Source: the human T2T-CHM13v2.0 reference genome, Homo sapiens
Strand: one strand, 5' to 3'
Assembly (NCBI RefSeq): GCF_009914755.1
Contig: NC_060944.1
DNA: 64,000 nucleotides
Part shown: positions 62,155-64,000 of the stretch, piece after piece
Layout of the letters: every line of letters starts with the position of its first letter
How positions within the stretch are numbered: position 1 is the first letter of the stretch
Made by a program: the position numbers and the translations under genes
The notes under the pieces: generated by a model
What the model saw: only the letters and a program-made list of their open reading frames with translations
Databases searched by the model: none
Told to the model about the DNA's origin: nothing

Positions 62155-63227
62155 CCATCCCAGGATATTTGAGTTGTTCAAAAGCAGGCTGGTAGTTTGG
62201 GCATGTCTCAGGCACAAAGTGACTCGTGAACATTTGATAGATGAGCTGTACCTGTGTGTGTGCTTGAGAAGAGACTTCGAGCTGCTTTTATCTGCATGCT
62301 GGGTTTGGTTCCATTATACTCACTGGACCCTCTGTGCTCTCTTGGGTTCCTCTTGTCATCTGCCTTTGTGAACAGGCAACACAAGTGATGGCCACAGGCC
62401 CTGCCTGTCTCTACTGCCTCATCACTTGCCCTTCTCACCATGGTCTACCGCATCATGGCCCCCAAGGTCTGCCTGCCTTCCTTTCCAGTCCTCATTTGTG
62501 TGTGGCGTGATCTTGGTGTGGAGCTCTGCACCCAGATCTGTGTGGCTGTCCTCGTAATCAGGTCCCACCCAGCTCAAATGCCAACTCCTCAGAAGCAGCT
62601 TTCTATGATCACCCCAGCTGGTCTGTTTGCCATATTTCCTTCATATTTTTAATCACTATCTGAAATTAACATTTGTGTTTCCCTTCACTCTAGAATGTAA
62701 GCATCATGAGAACAGGGCTTTGTCAAGTTTCCATTGCCCTCAGTGGTGAATGAATAGACTCCCTCACCTTCTCTGTACCTGGTCTGGAATTTTGCCTAAC
62801 AGCATTAACATCTAACTTAATGACAAGGAGGAAGGAGATTCTTAGAGGCAGTAGAAAATGGTCAAGTGTTCAGAAGATGGCCTTTCATTATATATCTTTA
62901 GTTCTTTCTGGCAGATTTGGTTATACTGTCTTAATCTATCAGGTTGGGTAAGTAGCCCAGGGTGTCTTCTCCATTCTTTCTGTATGCCTTATCTCAGCAT
63001 TACCATCTTCCTAGGCTTCAGGATAGGAACTCGGTCATCTTTGACTTCTTTTCTTCAAAGTCAGTAAGTTATCAAGTCCTCCTGATTCTACCTTTCTGTG
63101 AATGGTTTCCTGAATTCATCCCCTGCTGCTTCAGTCAGACCCTCACAATCCTCTGCCTTTAGCCATCTGTTTGGTTTCTACTTTGTCTCTTCTCACCTTC
63201 TCACCTAAAAAAAAAAAAAACTATAGG

Positions 63228-63599
<372 letters not shown>

Positions 63600-63751
63600 T
63601 TAATACCTTCCTTTTAAACTCCTGGCTCCCTACTGTTTATGAGGAAAAGTCTGTTAGATTTTTATTTCCTCAGATACATATCAATTTTAAGCCTAAATTA
63701 GGCCTAGAATAGTCTTCCCTTCCTCTGCTAGCTGACCTCTTTTTTTAAAAT

Positions 63752-63855
63752 GCCAGAGGGGTAATGGGCCAACATCTGTAACAAGGTTCGAGGGTGGCAC
63801 ATCTCACACATGCACATGAACACCCAGTCCTCAGGTTCATGAACTACAAAAGGAT
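63752..63855 (-). pseudogene. U13 (SNORD13) snoRNA retrocopy, antisense in RNF114 intron 1
   Basis: Reverse complement ATCCTTTTGTAGTTCATGA...GTGAGATGTGCCACCCT.GAACCTTGTTAC matches U13; box C and box D are both mutated. Confidence 0.9.
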
Positions 63856-63867
63856 CCATCTGAACCC

Positions 63868-64000
63868 TTTTTTTTTTTTTTTTGAGACGGAGTCTCGCTC
63901 TGTCTCCCAGGCTGGATGGAGTGCAGTGGCGCGATCTTGGCTCACTGCAAGCTCTGCGTCCTGGGTTCATGCCATTCTCCTGCCTAAGCCTCCCGAGTAG
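63868..64000 (-). mobile_element. Alu (AluY-like), truncated by the window end
   Basis: T tract followed by gagacggagtctcgctctgt...ctgcaagctc. Confidence 0.9.

Noticed and set aside
63752-63855. Functional intronic snoRNA
   Set aside because: Antisense to the host transcript, with boxes C and D mutated; called a pseudogene

Overview
Hominoid (almost certainly human, 20q13.13) GC- and Alu-rich genomic DNA with three recognisable protein-coding genes. (1) The last five coding exons and ~4.3 kb 3'UTR of SLC9A8/NHE8 (+, 1386-~15680). (2) The complete SPATA2 gene (-, ~26830-~38990; 520 aa from two coding exons). (3) The CpG-island promoter and first coding exon of RNF114 (+, ATG 59867). Intergenic and intronic DNA holds about 60 Alus, L1 fragments, MaLR LTRs, small hAT-type DNA transposons, a full-length SVA inside an Alu, and Y3 RNA and U13 snoRNA retrocopies. 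Almost all ORFs in the supplied track are repeat or GC artefacts. The most notable unexplained structures are: a ~135 bp non-Alu inverted repeat in a SLC9A8 intron whose 52-bp core differs only by G-U-compatible pairs on the transcribed strand; a ~200 bp inverted templated copy of an Alu plus flank upstream of RNF114 with asymmetric CpG decay; a MER81 element with two NF-kB sites and an intronic triple-GAAA ISRE at RNF114; stacked uORFs before the SPATA2 start codon; and an Alu whose tail appears inverted in place. Repeat boundaries and subfamilies were read by eye and are approximate.
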